In this document: positions 26,134 to 36,535 of the stretch, piece by piece
How the letters are laid out: every line of letters begins with the position of its first letter
Numbering within the stretch: position 1 is the first letter of the stretch
Assembly: GCA_038245295.1 (NCBI GenBank)
Contig: JBBRSP010000026.1
Coordinates: 1-64,000 of the forward strand
Source: Candidatus Binatia bacterium
Lineage (GTDB): Bacteria > Desulfobacterota > Binatia > HRBIN30
Reading direction: 5' to 3'
DNA length: 64,000 nt
Notes under the pieces: model-generated
Seen by the model: only the letters and a program-made list of their open reading frames with translations
Told to the model about the DNA's origin: nothing
The model's database searches: none
Made by a program: the position numbers and the translations under genes

Positions 26134-27572
26134 ACGTCTAGCTTGGCCCGCAGAAGCTCGTTTACTTTCTGCGGATTAGCTTTTCCTTGTGTTGCCTTCA
26201 TAACGAGGCCGACGAAGAAGCCGAACGACTTGCTGTTGCCGCCGCGGTAATCGGCCACCTTCGCTTCATTGGCGGCGATCACCTGTTCGATGGCTGCCAG
26301 AATTGGACCTTCGTCCGAAATCTGCTTGAGGCCGCTAGCGGCGACGATAGCCTCCGCCGACTTGCCCGATTCCACCATCGTCTCGAAGACGCCCTTGGCA
26401 ATCTTGCCGCTGATTTCGGCGCTGTCGATCAACGCGACCAAGCCGGCAAGATGTGCTGCCGTCACGGGCCACTCGTGAATCACCTGTGCATCGTCAAGTC
26501 GGCGCTCGCGAATCACGCGCTGCAGATCGCCCATTACCCAGTTGCTGATCCCCTTGGGGTTCGCGTGGGCTTGCACGGCCGCCTCATAGTAGTCGGCAAC
26601 GTCCTTGCGGGCGGTCAGAACCTCGGCATCGTACTCGGGCAAACTGTACTGCGTCACGAAGCGGGCCCGCCGCGCGTCAGGCAACTCAGGGAGTGTGGCG
26701 CGCACTGACTCAACCCACGCCGCGTCGACACGCACCGGGAGAAGGTCGGGCTCCGGAAAATATCGATAGTCGTCCGCCTGTTCCTTGCTCCGCATGGAGC
26801 GGGTGACGGCGCGATCCGGGTCCCACAAACGCGTCTCCTGGACGAGTTTGCCGCCTTCCCCAAGCACGCTGCGCTGCCGTGCCAGCTCATGGTCGATGGC
26901 GCGTTCGACGTTGCGGAACGAGTTCATATTCTTGATCTCGACCTTGGTGCCCAGCTTGGTTTCACCGACCGGGCGAATCGACACGTTGGCGTCGCAACGG
27001 AAGCTGCCCTCCTCCATGTTGCCGTCGCAGATCTCCAGGTATTGCAGGATGGCGCGCAACTTCCGTAGGTAGGCGCCGGCTTCCTCGGCAGCCGTCATGT
27101 CGGGCTCGCTAACGATCTCGAGCAACGGCACGCCGCAACGATTGAAGTCTACGAGGCTGGCGTCGCTGTGTGCATCGTGGATGTTCTTGCCCGTGTCCTC
27201 TTCCATGTGAATGCGCGTCAGACGCACGCGCTTCGGACCCGCCTCGGTGCGGATATCGATGAAGCCGGCCAGGCAGATCGGCAGCTCGTACTGGCTCACC
27301 TGATAGCCCTTCGGCAGATCGGGATAGAAGTAGTTCTTGCGGGCCCAACGGCTCTCCGGCGCAATGCTGCAGCCGGTGGCCAGGCCAGCGCGGATCGCGA
27401 ATTCAACGACGCGTCGGTTCAATACCGGCAGAGCACCCGGGAGCCCGAGGCACACCGGGCACGTGTTTTCATTCGGTGCAGAGCCGAATTTTGCCGAGCA
27501 GCCACAGAAGACTTTCGATTTCGTCTGCAACTCGGCGTGGACCTCGAGTCCGATGACCGCTTCGTACTCCAT
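26130..27572 (-). CDS. gatB: Asp/Glu-tRNA amidotransferase subunit B
   Basis: IGLEVHAEL, RKNYFYPDLPKGYQ and DYRYFPEPDL motifs. Confidence 0.98.
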   Translation of the reverse strand: MEYEAVIGLEVHAELQTKSKVFCGCSAKFGSAPNENTCPVCLGLPGALPVLNRRVVEFAIRAGLATGCSIAPESRWARKNYFYPDLPKGYQVSQYELPICLAGFIDIRTEAGPKRVRLTRIHMEEDTGKNIHDAHSDASLVDFNRCGVPLLEIVSEPDMTAAEEAGAYLRKLRAILQYLEICDGNMEEGSFRCDANVSIRPVGETKLGTKVEIKNMNSFRNVERAIDHELARQRSVLGEGGKLVQETRLWDPDRAVTRSMRSKEQADDYRYFPEPDLLPVRVDAAWVESVRATLPELPDARRARFVTQYSLPEYDAEVLTARKDVADYYEAAVQAHANPKGISNWVMGDLQRVIRERRLDDAQVIHEWPVTAAHLAGLVALIDSAEISGKIAKGVFETMVESGKSAEAIVAASGLKQISDEGPILAAIEQVIAANEAKVADYRGGNSKSFGFFVGLVMKATQGKANPQKVNELLRAKLDV

Positions 27573-27573
27573 C

Positions 27574-29040
27574 TCAACGCTCCGCAATCCGCTCGTGCCA
27601 GGCCGTTGCTTGTTCGTAGCCGTAGGCAACGTCGAGCACACGCTGCTCTTCAAGCGCCCGCCCAATGATCTGCAGCCCGATCGGCATGCCCGCGGAATCG
27701 AAGCCGCACGGCAGCGACACACCGGGCAGACCCGCCAGATTCACCGAGATGGTGAAGATGTCCGACAGGTACATCTGCAACGGGTCGTCCACTTTCTCGC
27801 CCAACCGGAACGCCGTCGTCGGCGCCGTCGGTGTCACCAGCACATCCACGGACTCGAAGGCGCGGTCAAAGTCGCGCCGAATCAGCGTGCGTACTTTCTG
27901 GCCTTTCGAGTAATACGCATCGTAGTAGCCGGCCGATAGGGCGTACGTTCCCAACATGATTCGACGCTTCACCTCGGGTCCGAAACCGACCTCGCGGGTT
28001 TGTCGGTACATGGCGAGGAGGCCCTTATCTTCGGCGACACGCAGGCCGTATTTGATGCCGTCGTAACGCGCCAGGTTCGAACTCGCCTCGGCCGTCGCCA
28101 CCATGTAGTAGGTCGGCACGGCGTACTCGGTGTGCGGCAGCGAGACATCGACAATCTGCGCACCCATCGAGCGGAACTGCTCGATGGCTGCCCGGACCGC
28201 CGTTTCCACCTCCGGCTGGATTCCTTCGACGAAGAATTCGCGCGGGATGCCGATCCGCAATCCTTTGATATCGCCGCGCAGGGCCGCGGCGTAGTCGGGA
28301 ACCGGAACGGGTATCGAGGTCGAATCAAAGCCGTCCTTGCCCGCGATCGCCTGCAGCATGTAAGCGCAGCCCTTCACCGTGCGCGCAAACGGACCGACCT
28401 GGTCGAGCGACGACGCGTAGGCGATGACCCCGTAGCGACTGACGCGACCATACGTCGGCTTCAAGCCGACGACGCCACAACACGCCGCCGGTTGGCGAAT
28501 GGAACCACCGGTATCGGTGCCGAGTGTGGCGAAACACTGCAGCGCCGCCACCGCCGCCGCCGAGCCACCGGAGGACCCGCCCGGAACGCGTTCGATATCC
28601 CACGGATTGCGGGTCACGCCGAAGGCCGAGTTCTCCGTCGACGACCCCATGGCGAACTCATCACAGTTGAGCTTTCCCAGGATGACCGCCCCGGCGGCGC
28701 GCAGACGCGCCGTCACCGTCGCATCATACGGCGCGATGAACGTCTCGAGAATCTTCGAGCCGGCCGTGGCGCGAACCCCGGCGGACAGGATCATATCTTT
28801 GAGGGCCACCGGCACACCGAGAAGCGCCCCGCCTTCCCCTTTGGCGCGCCTTGCGTCGGCGTCACGCGCCTGCTCGAGGGCCAGCTCCGGCGTCACCGTC
28901 AAGAAGGCGTGGATCGCACCATCCGTCTGGTCGATGCGGGCGAGCGCGGCGCGAGTGACTTCTTCACTCGACACGTCGCGCTTCGCGAGGCGATCCGCCA
29001 AAGCATCGATGGACAACGACAAGAGGGTTTGCGACGACAT
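27574..29040 (-). CDS. gatA: Asp/Glu-tRNA amidotransferase subunit A
   Basis: Amidase signature GGSSGGS and [10 protein letters not shown], plus [11 protein letters not shown]. Confidence 0.98.
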   Translation of the reverse strand: MSSQTLLSLSIDALADRLAKRDVSSEEVTRAALARIDQTDGAIHAFLTVTPELALEQARDADARRAKGEGGALLGVPVALKDMILSAGVRATAGSKILETFIAPYDATVTARLRAAGAVILGKLNCDEFAMGSSTENSAFGVTRNPWDIERVPGGSSGGSAAAVAALQCFATLGTDTGGSIRQPAACCGVVGLKPTYGRVSRYGVIAYASSLDQVGPFARTVKGCAYMLQAIAGKDGFDSTSIPVPVPDYAAALRGDIKGLRIGIPREFFVEGIQPEVETAVRAAIEQFRSMGAQIVDVSLPHTEYAVPTYYMVATAEASSNLARYDGIKYGLRVAEDKGLLAMYRQTREVGFGPEVKRRIMLGTYALSAGYYDAYYSKGQKVRTLIRRDFDRAFESVDVLVTPTAPTTAFRLGEKVDDPLQMYLSDIFTISVNLAGLPGVSLPCGFDSAGMPIGLQIIGRALEEQRVLDVAYGYEQATAWHERIAER

Positions 29041-29064
29041 AAGCTTACCGAACGAGAACGCGCC

Positions 29065-29352
29065 TCACTCGATGATCTTCGGCACTTTGAACAGGTTACC
29101 GTCGCGCGCCGGAGCGTTGGCGCGGTAGGCTTCGGGAGCCAACGGGTTGGTTACGACATCGTCGCGATAGGCATCGCGCAAGTCGACCGCGTGTGATGTG
29201 GGTTCAACTCCCGTAGTGTCGACCGCCGCCAGACGTTCGAAGTGATTCAGCACAGACCCAAGTTGTTCGGCAATCTGCTCTTCTTCTTTCGGGCTCAGAT
29301 CCAAGCGAGCGAGCAGTGCCACACGATGAACCGTGGCGCGGTCGAGAGACAT
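29065..29352 (-). CDS. gatC: Asp/Glu-tRNA amidotransferase subunit C
   Basis: VALLARL, DTTGVEPTSH and FKVPKII motifs. Confidence 0.95.
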   Translation of the reverse strand: MSLDRATVHRVALLARLDLSPKEEEQIAEQLGSVLNHFERLAAVDTTGVEPTSHAVDLRDAYRDDVVTNPLAPEAYRANAPARDGNLFKVPKIIE

Positions 29353-29358
29353 GGGGCG

Positions 29359-29387
29359 CGACTAACACAGCGCATATATGCCTTCAA
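29359..29387 (-). promoter_or_regulatory. Putative leaderless promoter of gatCAB
   Basis: TTGAAG-N17-TAGTCG (TG-extended)-N6-ATG; no SD. Confidence 0.6.
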
Positions 29388-29427
29388 CCGATTGCCACGC
29401 TCGTCGCGACGCGGCAGCCTGGTCGCC

Positions 29428-29790
29428 ATGGCCACGACACGCGAGATCGGGATGACCGGCGAGGCGGTTGCCGCCGCCTTCCTGCGGGCCCAACGTTACG
29501 TGATTCTGGAACAGAACTATCGCTGTCCGACGGGCGAGATCGATTTGATCGCTCTGCACGAGCACACCCTGGTGTTCATCGAGGTAAAAGCGCGTCACGG
29601 GGATGACCACGGCTCGCCTCTGGCGGCCGTCGACCGCCACAAACAACGGCGGATCCAGCGTGCCGCTCTCTATTACATGAGCCGTAAGCGGCTGACCGAG
29701 CGCAACGCCCGATTCGACGTCGTCGGTGTTTCGTGGGAGGCCGGCAAACCTCGCTGCGAGCTTGTTCGCGACGCCTTCGAAGTGAGCTGA
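29428..29790 (+). CDS. yraN: YraN family (UPF0102) endonuclease-like protein
   Basis: GE..AA.FL, GEIDLIA, LVFIEVKAR and RFDVV motifs. Confidence 0.92.
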   Translation: MATTREIGMTGEAVAAAFLRAQRYVILEQNYRCPTGEIDLIALHEHTLVFIEVKARHGDDHGSPLAAVDRHKQRRIQRAALYYMSRKRLTERNARFDVVGVSWEAGKPRCELVRDAFEVS

Positions 29791-29815
29791 CGGCTCTGCG
29801 TCGCCGTCCACCAAC

Positions 29816-29844
29816 TTGAGGCCAGAAAATGCCAATGCTAACGC
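29816..29844 (+). promoter_or_regulatory. Putative leaderless promoter of serS
   Basis: TTGAGG-N17-TAACGC (TG-extended)-N6-ATG; no SD. Confidence 0.6.
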
Positions 29845-29850
29845 CGCCGC

Positions 29851-31128
29851 ATGCTCGACATCCGACTCATCCGCGACCGGCCCGACTTCGTAAAGGCTGA
29901 GCTGGCAAAGCTCGGCGTCGACGGTTCCGCAATCGATCGCATCGTGACGATCGATACGCGGCGCCGCAGCTTGATCCAGGAGAGCGAGTCGCTGCGCGCC
30001 AAACGCGCCGAAGTATCGAAGACGATCGGCAAGCAAGAGCCGGCGCAACGCGAGCAGTTGAAGGCGGACATGCGGATCGTCGGCGATCGCATCACCGCGC
30101 TGGAAGCGGAACTCGCCACTACCGAAGCCGATCTACAAACCGAGATGATGAATGTTCCCAACCTGCCCGATCCGAGTGTGCCGCTCGGCGCCGACGACAG
30201 CGACAATCGCGTATCGCGATCATGGGGCGAACCGAAGCAGTTCTCCTTCACACCCAAACCACATTGGGAAATCGGCCCGGCCCTAGGCATCCTCGACTTC
30301 GAACGCGGCGTGAAGATCTCGGGGTCGCGTTTCTACATTCTGAGCGGCGCCGGGGCCCGTTTACAACGCGCCCTGATCGCCTGGATGCTCGATCTGCATA
30401 CGCGCCAGCACGGCTACACGGAGATCTACCCGCCCTACATCGTCAAGCGGGAGTGCATCGTCGGGGCCGGGCAGTTGCCGAAGTTCGACGACAATATCTA
30501 TCGCGACGTCGAGGAAGACTTTTGGCTGATCGGTACGGCGGAAATTCCCATCACTAATCTGCATCGGGATGAGATCCTCGAGGCCGAGCAACTGCCGCTT
30601 TCGTACGTCGCCCATACGCCGTGTTTCCGGCGCGAAAAGATGTCCGCAGGCCGGGACGTACGCGGCATCAAACGCGGCCATCAATTCGACAAGGTGGAGA
30701 TGTACAAGCTGACGACGCCGGCCGACTCCGCAGCGGCCCTCGAGCAGATCGTCCGTGACGCGGAGGAGGTGGCGCGCCAGCTGCAAATCCCGTATCGAGT
30801 CATCGACATCTGCACCGGTGATCTCGGGTTCGTCGCCGCCAAGAAGTACGATATCGAGTTGTGGGCGCCCGGCTGTGCCGAGTGGTTGGAAGTCAGCTCG
30901 TGCAGCAATTGCACCGATTTCCAGGCGCGGCGCACGAATCTGCGTTACCGGCCGGCCGGAAGCAAGAAACCCGAATTCGTCCACACCCTGAACGGCTCCG
31001 GACTGGCACTGCCGCGGGTGATGATTGCCGTCCTGGAGACCTACCAGCAAAAAGACGGCAGTGTGGTCGTGCCCGAGGTATTGCGTCCCTTCATGGGCGG
31101 CATCGAGCGCTTGGCGCCGGTTGCCTGA
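29851..31128 (+). CDS. serS: Serine--tRNA ligase
   Basis: MLDIRLIR, GTAE, CFRRE, HQFDKVE, EVSSCSNCTDFQARR and HTLNGSGLA motifs. Confidence 0.98.
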   Translation: MLDIRLIRDRPDFVKAELAKLGVDGSAIDRIVTIDTRRRSLIQESESLRAKRAEVSKTIGKQEPAQREQLKADMRIVGDRITALEAELATTEADLQTEMMNVPNLPDPSVPLGADDSDNRVSRSWGEPKQFSFTPKPHWEIGPALGILDFERGVKISGSRFYILSGAGARLQRALIAWMLDLHTRQHGYTEIYPPYIVKRECIVGAGQLPKFDDNIYRDVEEDFWLIGTAEIPITNLHRDEILEAEQLPLSYVAHTPCFRREKMSAGRDVRGIKRGHQFDKVEMYKLTTPADSAAALEQIVRDAEEVARQLQIPYRVIDICTGDLGFVAAKKYDIELWAPGCAEWLEVSSCSNCTDFQARRTNLRYRPAGSKKPEFVHTLNGSGLALPRVMIAVLETYQQKDGSVVVPEVLRPFMGGIERLAPVA

Positions 31129-31200
31129 ATCGCCAACGTTCGGACTACCGGTCGAGCGATCAAACCATGCGTGATCGCTCGACCGGCGTTGCGCTGTTGC

Positions 31201-31563
31201 TTACTTGTCCAGGACCAGAAGCTGGCCACCGATGTGGGCCGGATGGAGCTGGCAGTTGATTGGGAAGACCCCTGCCTTGTCGGCGGTGAATTCGACTTCC
31301 TTCGGCTCGCCGCGCGTGACTACCGCTTCGACGCCAAAGGCCTCGATCTTGTACCCGTGTTGGTTCGGATCCGCCTTTACGTTGTTGATCAGCTTGATCT
31401 TCACCTTGTCGCCCTTGTGGACGACGAGCGTCGAAGGCACCCAGATTTTGCTGCCCTCGTATTCGACGTTGACGACGGTGAACGACTGATCGTCGGCGCG
31501 TACCGCGCGACTGCCTATCACGACGGCGGCAGCGGCCAGAGCCACCAGAGTTGCCTTACGCAT
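31201..31563 (-). CDS. Secreted cupredoxin, nitrosocyanin-like
   Basis: Signal peptide; TLVVHKGDKVKI, HGYKIEAFGV and FTADKAGVFPINCQLHPAH; AAGGAGG RBS. Confidence 0.85.
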   Translation of the reverse strand: MRKATLVALAAAAVVIGSRAVRADDQSFTVVNVEYEGSKIWVPSTLVVHKGDKVKIKLINNVKADPNQHGYKIEAFGVEAVVTRGEPKEVEFTADKAGVFPINCQLHPAHIGGQLLVLDK

Positions 31564-31706
31564 TAGACTCTCCTCCTTTTGAACTGAGACGAAAACCGAT
31601 GACTCCACTTTCGCCACATCAGGCGAACGAATTCAACTAACCAAGTTCTAGCCGGCTTCTCGCCCCACCCTGGCAGACCCGACGATTCCTGTGTACATCG
31701 CCGCAC

Positions 31707-32573
31707 ATGTCGACGGAGAAGGCGAATACCGCAACGTTGCTGGTGGCGTGCCGTGATCGCAAAGGGCTGGTGGCCGCCCTGGCGCAAATGCTTTACGGAC
31801 ACGGCGCGAACATCCTCGCGGCGGCACAACATACGGATCGCGCCGAGGGGCAGTTTTTCCAGCGCATCCACTTCGACCTCAGCGAGCTGCATACCGATCG
31901 CGTCGCCCTCGAAAGCGGTATCCGCGAGGTCGCGCAGCGTTTCGATATGCGCTCATCGCTGCACTACGGTAGTGCGCGCAAGCGCATGGCGATCTTCGTC
32001 TCGCGCTACGATCATTGCCTATATGATCTCGTCCTGCGGCACCGGGCCGGCGAACTTTCAGGCGACATCGCCCTGATCGTCAGCAACCATGACGACCTTC
32101 GACCGATTGCCGACCACTTCGCTCTCCCTTTCCAGCTCTTTCCGATCGACAAAACCAACAAGGCTCAACAAGAGGAAGCTGAGCTAAGGCTATTGGAAAA
32201 GCACAGGATCGACCTCGTCGTGCTGGCTCGCTACATGCAAATTCTCAGCGCTGAATTCATCAACCACTTCGCGGCGCGGATCATCAACATCCATCACTCG
32301 TTCTTGCCGGCCTTCGTGGGGGGCAAACCGTACCATCAAGCCGCCGAACGTGGCGTCAAACTCATCGGCGCGACGGCGCATTACGCAACGACGGATCTCG
32401 ACGAGGGCCCAATCATCGAACAGGACGTCATTCGCACCTCGCATCGCGACTCGATCGACGATCTTATCCGCAAGGGCCGAGATGTCGAGCGCGCCGTCCT
32501 CTCTCGCGCTGTCCGCTGGCACCTCGACGACCGCGTCATCGTCCACGGCAACAAGACAGTCGTCTTCGAATAG
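31707..32573 (+). CDS. purU: Formyltetrahydrofolate deformylase
   Basis: ACT domain, HCLYDL, LARYMQILS, INIHHSFLPAF and DLDEGPIIEQ. Confidence 0.97.
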   Translation: MSTEKANTATLLVACRDRKGLVAALAQMLYGHGANILAAAQHTDRAEGQFFQRIHFDLSELHTDRVALESGIREVAQRFDMRSSLHYGSARKRMAIFVSRYDHCLYDLVLRHRAGELSGDIALIVSNHDDLRPIADHFALPFQLFPIDKTNKAQQEEAELRLLEKHRIDLVVLARYMQILSAEFINHFAARIINIHHSFLPAFVGGKPYHQAAERGVKLIGATAHYATTDLDEGPIIEQDVIRTSHRDSIDDLIRKGRDVERAVLSRAVRWHLDDRVIVHGNKTVVFE

Positions 32574-32740
32574 CGGCGGGCACCGGACGCGGCATCGCCG
32601 CCAGATTCTGGTTTTGTCGCATTCGGCGTCCATGCTACGTTCTCCCGACCTCGATCCCCGCATCCGATCGATCGTCCACGCGCGCCGCGCGGCGCCGAGC
32701 ACGGGGCAAGCCTCACCGTCCCCGAAGAGAGGGAGATCCA

Positions 32741-33019
32741 ATGAATAAGACGTGGATGAAGCGTAGCATCGCCATCGGCCTCCTGTTGGGAATGTTCAGC
32801 CTCGGTTTTCTGGTCGGATCCGTGCAGCGCAATCGCGCCGAAGCGCAAAACCTGAAGGACCTTGGCGCCGCGGCGATGGAAAAGGCGGGGGAATCCGGCG
32901 GAGCCATGGGGTCGGCGGTTCAGCTAGGCACCTCGATCGTTGACATGCAGAAGCACGTGGATGGCCTGCAGAAGAACCTCGAGGCGCTCAAGAAGGTTAA
33001 GGAAGCACTCGGCGGCTGA
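32741..33019 (+). CDS. Small secreted/membrane hypothetical protein
   Basis: GGGAGA RBS, hydrophobic N-terminus, helical C-terminus, coding-like GC3. Confidence 0.75.
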   Translation: MNKTWMKRSIAIGLLLGMFSLGFLVGSVQRNRAEAQNLKDLGAAAMEKAGESGGAMGSAVQLGTSIVDMQKHVDGLQKNLEALKKVKEALGG

Positions 33020-33072
33020 GGCCGACGTCGTAATACTTACGTTCGTCTTTGCCGCAGGACACGCAATTTAAT

Positions 33073-33154
33073 AACACGATGGGCAGGATATACACGATGA
33101 CCACGACAAGAACGCGTTCCCTGCCCCCATTTTGTTTATCCTGGCCATCCTGTT
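33073..33154. repeat. Nonamer-periodic imperfect palindrome between convergent genes
   Basis: AACACGATG-GGCAGGATA-TACACGATG (33073-33099) pairs with 33128-33154, whose reverse complement is AACAGGATG-GCCAGGATA-AACAAAATG. Confidence 0.6.
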
Positions 33155-33209
33155 GAGTTCGTTCTGCGGGGTGGGTTGGGTTGCGGGCGAAGCCAGCGTC
33201 GGGTTTCTT

Positions 33210-34415
33210 TCAGAGACGTTTCGCCCGCGTCTCGAGGTGCTCGATCTGGCCGTCGTCGCGCTGGTGCAGGACGTCATTGTAACTGGCTTCACCACGATGA
33301 TGGTGTGCCGCCGGATGTGCGAAGGAAACGATGGCGCTGATGCGATAGCCGTCGCGCCCCGCCTGGGTTGGCGGTGGCGCGGCGTGGACCGTGTCGCTGT
33401 GGTGCAAGGACACGTCACCGGCTCGGGCTCGAAAATGAGCCGCATGGTGGTTGGCGTCCGTGCGGCGATCGTGTGCATTGAACGAGGTTTTGTGTGATCC
33501 CGGCAGCATCGCCAGCTCGCCACTCTCGGGGGTTGCTGCGGTCAAGAAAATCGAAGCAACGAGGATGGGGCACATCGTTGCGTGCCCTCCCATCCCGCAG
33601 TCGCGGTGCCAAGGTAGGTCGCCAAGACCTTCGGTCATACCGGGTCGCTTGAAGATCACCGTCACGCCCTCCCCTTCGCCACGTTTGTGCACGAATTGGG
33701 CATCACCGAGCGCCTTGAGCTGTTGCAGACGCGTGTCGCCTGGCAGAGTCGCCAAGCGGGGTTTGGACGATCCGCGCGTGACTCGACACAAGAGATCGGT
33801 TCCCCGCGCATCTCTGCCCCACCAGGACAGCTTGTCGCCCGGACGCGCTTCGCGAGCCAACTCATCAGCCTCGTCCCGAAAAGCCGCTACCTCGTCGTCG
33901 GCAAACACACCGCGTACGAAGAGGTATCCGGTTGTGTCGAGGAAATGGGCCATCGTCCGGCGCTCTGCCGTGAAAGAAAATATCGTCTCCAGCTTGAGTG
34001 CACCCCCGTCACGATCGATGAGTGAGCGGCGGGCCGGATCGAACGGCGGCCGGCCGTTGTACAAGGCTCGCAAACCTGACTCCCAAGCCATGAAATCCAT
34101 GGCGTTGCCTCGCAAACAGCGCACGCGGCCGGCGTAAAGTAATCCGGCGGCCGCTTCGACCTCCTCGACGAGCCCCTGCCAGCTCTCGTGGTCCATCTCG
34201 ATAATTGTGCCTGCCGTCGCATCGCCTGGTCGGATGGCGAGCCCAACGGCGGTGCGTTCGTACGTGAAGGCCGTGCCATCCGAGAGACGCAGCGCCAGGC
34301 TTCCCAGGCCCGCCGTCGCCTCCGCGGTTGCCCCGCATCGCGTCGGCGTCATCAGCTGCGGCAGCATACGTTGGTGGAACTCGACGAAGTCGACCGTCGG
34401 ACCGCGCATTCCCAT
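33210..34415 (-). CDS. Phytanoyl-CoA dioxygenase (PhyH) family protein with extra N-terminal domain
   Basis: LPWHRDC (HxD), LPGSH, GDVSLH..TVHAA; start at ATG 34415. Confidence 0.85.
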   Translation of the reverse strand: MGMRGPTVDFVEFHQRMLPQLMTPTRCGATAEATAGLGSLALRLSDGTAFTYERTAVGLAIRPGDATAGTIIEMDHESWQGLVEEVEAAAGLLYAGRVRCLRGNAMDFMAWESGLRALYNGRPPFDPARRSLIDRDGGALKLETIFSFTAERRTMAHFLDTTGYLFVRGVFADDEVAAFRDEADELAREARPGDKLSWWGRDARGTDLLCRVTRGSSKPRLATLPGDTRLQQLKALGDAQFVHKRGEGEGVTVIFKRPGMTEGLGDLPWHRDCGMGGHATMCPILVASIFLTAATPESGELAMLPGSHKTSFNAHDRRTDANHHAAHFRARAGDVSLHHSDTVHAAPPPTQAGRDGYRISAIVSFAHPAAHHHRGEASYNDVLHQRDDGQIEHLETRAKRL

Positions 34416-34510
34416 GGCCGCTGGGTAGCAGTTTTCGGTGGTGGGACGGTAGTACTTTTGACGCCACACCCTGCAGCGTCGGGGCGTTCTTGTGCTACGC
34501 ACCCACCCGC

Positions 34511-36535
34511 ATGAACCGTGAAGGTCAATTTCGTTTGGTCTCCGAATACACGCCGCAAGGCGACCAGCCCCAGGCGATCGACGAGCTGACACATGGACTC
34601 GAAAACGAGCGGCGGCATCAGGTACTGCTGGGCGTCACCGGGTCTGGGAAAACCTTCACCATGGCGCACGTGATCGCGCGGGTGCAGAAGCCGAGCCTGA
34701 TCCTGGCGCCAAACAAGACGTTGGCGGCGCAGCTCTACAACGAGTTCAAGGTTCTCTTCCCGGAGAACGCCGTTCGCTATTTCGTCAGCTACTACGACTA
34801 CTACCAGCCGGAGGCGTACGTCCCGAGTTCGGACACGTACATTGAGAAGGACTCGTCGATCAACGACGAGATCGACAAGATGCGCCATTCGGCGACCAAG
34901 GCGTTGCTGGAACGCAACGACGTCATCATCGTCGCCAGCGTCTCTTGTATCTACGGTCTTGGTTCTCCCGAGGCGTACTTCGACATGCTGGTGTTTCTGG
35001 AGAAGAACGCCGAGGCCGATCGCGACGCGATCTTGCGCAAATTGGTCGACATCCAATACGAGCGCAACGATGTCGACTTCCATCGCGGTACCTTCCGTGT
35101 GCGTGGCGACGTCGTCGAAGTATTTCCAATTTCCGAGGACTCCCGAGCCATCCGCATCGAATTCTTCGGTGACACAGTCGAGGCAATCTCCGAGATCGAT
35201 CCGCTGCGCGGTCAGGTCGTGCGCTCCCTCGAAAAGATCGCCCTCTATCCGGCCAGTCACTACGTGACGCAGCCGGAGCGCATGGAACAAGCCGTACGCA
35301 ACATCCGCCTCGAGCTCACCGAGCGGCTCAAGCAGCTGCACAGCGAGAACAAACTGCTCGAGGCGCAGCGCCTCGAGCAACGCACGTTGTACGACCTGGA
35401 GATGCTGCACGAGATGGGATTCTGCAATGGCATCGAAAACTACTCGCGCCATCTGACCGGTCGCATTCCGGGTGAGCCACCGCCGACACTGCTCGACTAC
35501 TTCCCCGACGATTGGCTGCTCTTCATCGATGAGAGCCACGTCAGCGTTTCGCAGGTCGGCGGTATGTACCGCGGCGATCGGGCCCGTAAGGAAACACTCG
35601 TCGAGTATGGGTTCCGTCTGCCGTCGGCGCTCGACAATCGCCCTCTCAACTTCCAGGAGTTCGAGGCGTTGACGCGCTACGTCGTTTACGTGTCCGCCAC
35701 ACCGGGCGAGTACGAACTGCGGCGCAGCGAAGGCGTGGTTGTCGAACAAATTATTCGGCCGACGGGGCTTACCGAGCCCGAGATCGAAGTACGGCCGGCC
35801 GGCACGCAAGTGGACGATCTGCTCGAAACGATCCGGCAGATCATCGAAAAACACGAGCGGGTGCTGGTTACGACGTTGACCAAGAAGATGGCCGAGGACC
35901 TGACCGATTATCTTCAGGAGCTCGGCGTGCGGGTGCGCTATCTGCACTCCGACATCGAAACTCTCGAGCGCATCGAGATCATTCGCGACCTGCGACGCGG
36001 CATCTTCGACGTCCTGATCGGGATCAACCTGCTACGTGAAGGGTTGGACATCCCGGAGGTGTCCCTGGTGGCCATCCTGGATGCGGACAAGGAAGGATTC
36101 TTGCGTTCCGAGCGATCCTTGATCCAGACCATCGGCCGGGCGGCGCGTAATGTGAACGGCCGGGTCATTCTCTACGCCGACAGGATCACCGATTCGATGC
36201 GTCGGGCAATCGATGAGACGGATCGCCGACGCGCCATTCAGGAGCGCTACAACCAGGAGCATGGCATCACACCGCAGACCATCCAGAAGGCCATCGCGTC
36301 GTCGTGGTCCGAGATGATGGATGCCGACTATGTCGACCTGACCAAGGTGGCCGAAAGCGAGGGTGAATACACCAGCCTGGCGGCCCTCACCAAACGTATC
36401 GCGGCGCTGCAGAAAGAAATGCGCGATGCCGCGGGTAAACTCGAATTTGAACGCGCCGCTACGGCGCGCGACGAAATGCGGCGCCTCCAGGAGCGCGAGT
36501 TAGCACTGCGCGAAGCGCGTGGTCTGGCCGAATGA
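34511..36535 (+). CDS. uvrB: Excinuclease ABC subunit B
   Basis: [28 protein letters not shown] and C-terminal UVR motif; start at ATG 34511. Confidence 0.98.
   Translation: MNREGQFRLVSEYTPQGDQPQAIDELTHGLENERRHQVLLGVTGSGKTFTMAHVIARVQKPSLILAPNKTLAAQLYNEFKVLFPENAVRYFVSYYDYYQPEAYVPSSDTYIEKDSSINDEIDKMRHSATKALLERNDVIIVASVSCIYGLGSPEAYFDMLVFLEKNAEADRDAILRKLVDIQYERNDVDFHRGTFRVRGDVVEVFPISEDSRAIRIEFFGDTVEAISEIDPLRGQVVRSLEKIALYPASHYVTQPERMEQAVRNIRLELTERLKQLHSENKLLEAQRLEQRTLYDLEMLHEMGFCNGIENYSRHLTGRIPGEPPPTLLDYFPDDWLLFIDESHVSVSQVGGMYRGDRARKETLVEYGFRLPSALDNRPLNFQEFEALTRYVVYVSATPGEYELRRSEGVVVEQIIRPTGLTEPEIEVRPAGTQVDDLLETIRQIIEKHERVLVTTLTKKMAEDLTDYLQELGVRVRYLHSDIETLERIEIIRDLRRGIFDVLIGINLLREGLDIPEVSLVAILDADKEGFLRSERSLIQTIGRAARNVNGRVILYADRITDSMRRAIDETDRRRAIQERYNQEHGITPQTIQKAIASSWSEMMDADYVDLTKVAESEGEYTSLAALTKRIAALQKEMRDAAGKLEFERAATARDEMRRLQERELALREARGLAE

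Noticed and set aside
34352..35947. Long antisense ORFs (531 aa here; also 9394..10911, 28000..29196, 55177..56442, 3210..4409)
   Set aside because: Shadows of well-conserved genes on the opposite strand, expected at high GC, with no motifs of their own.
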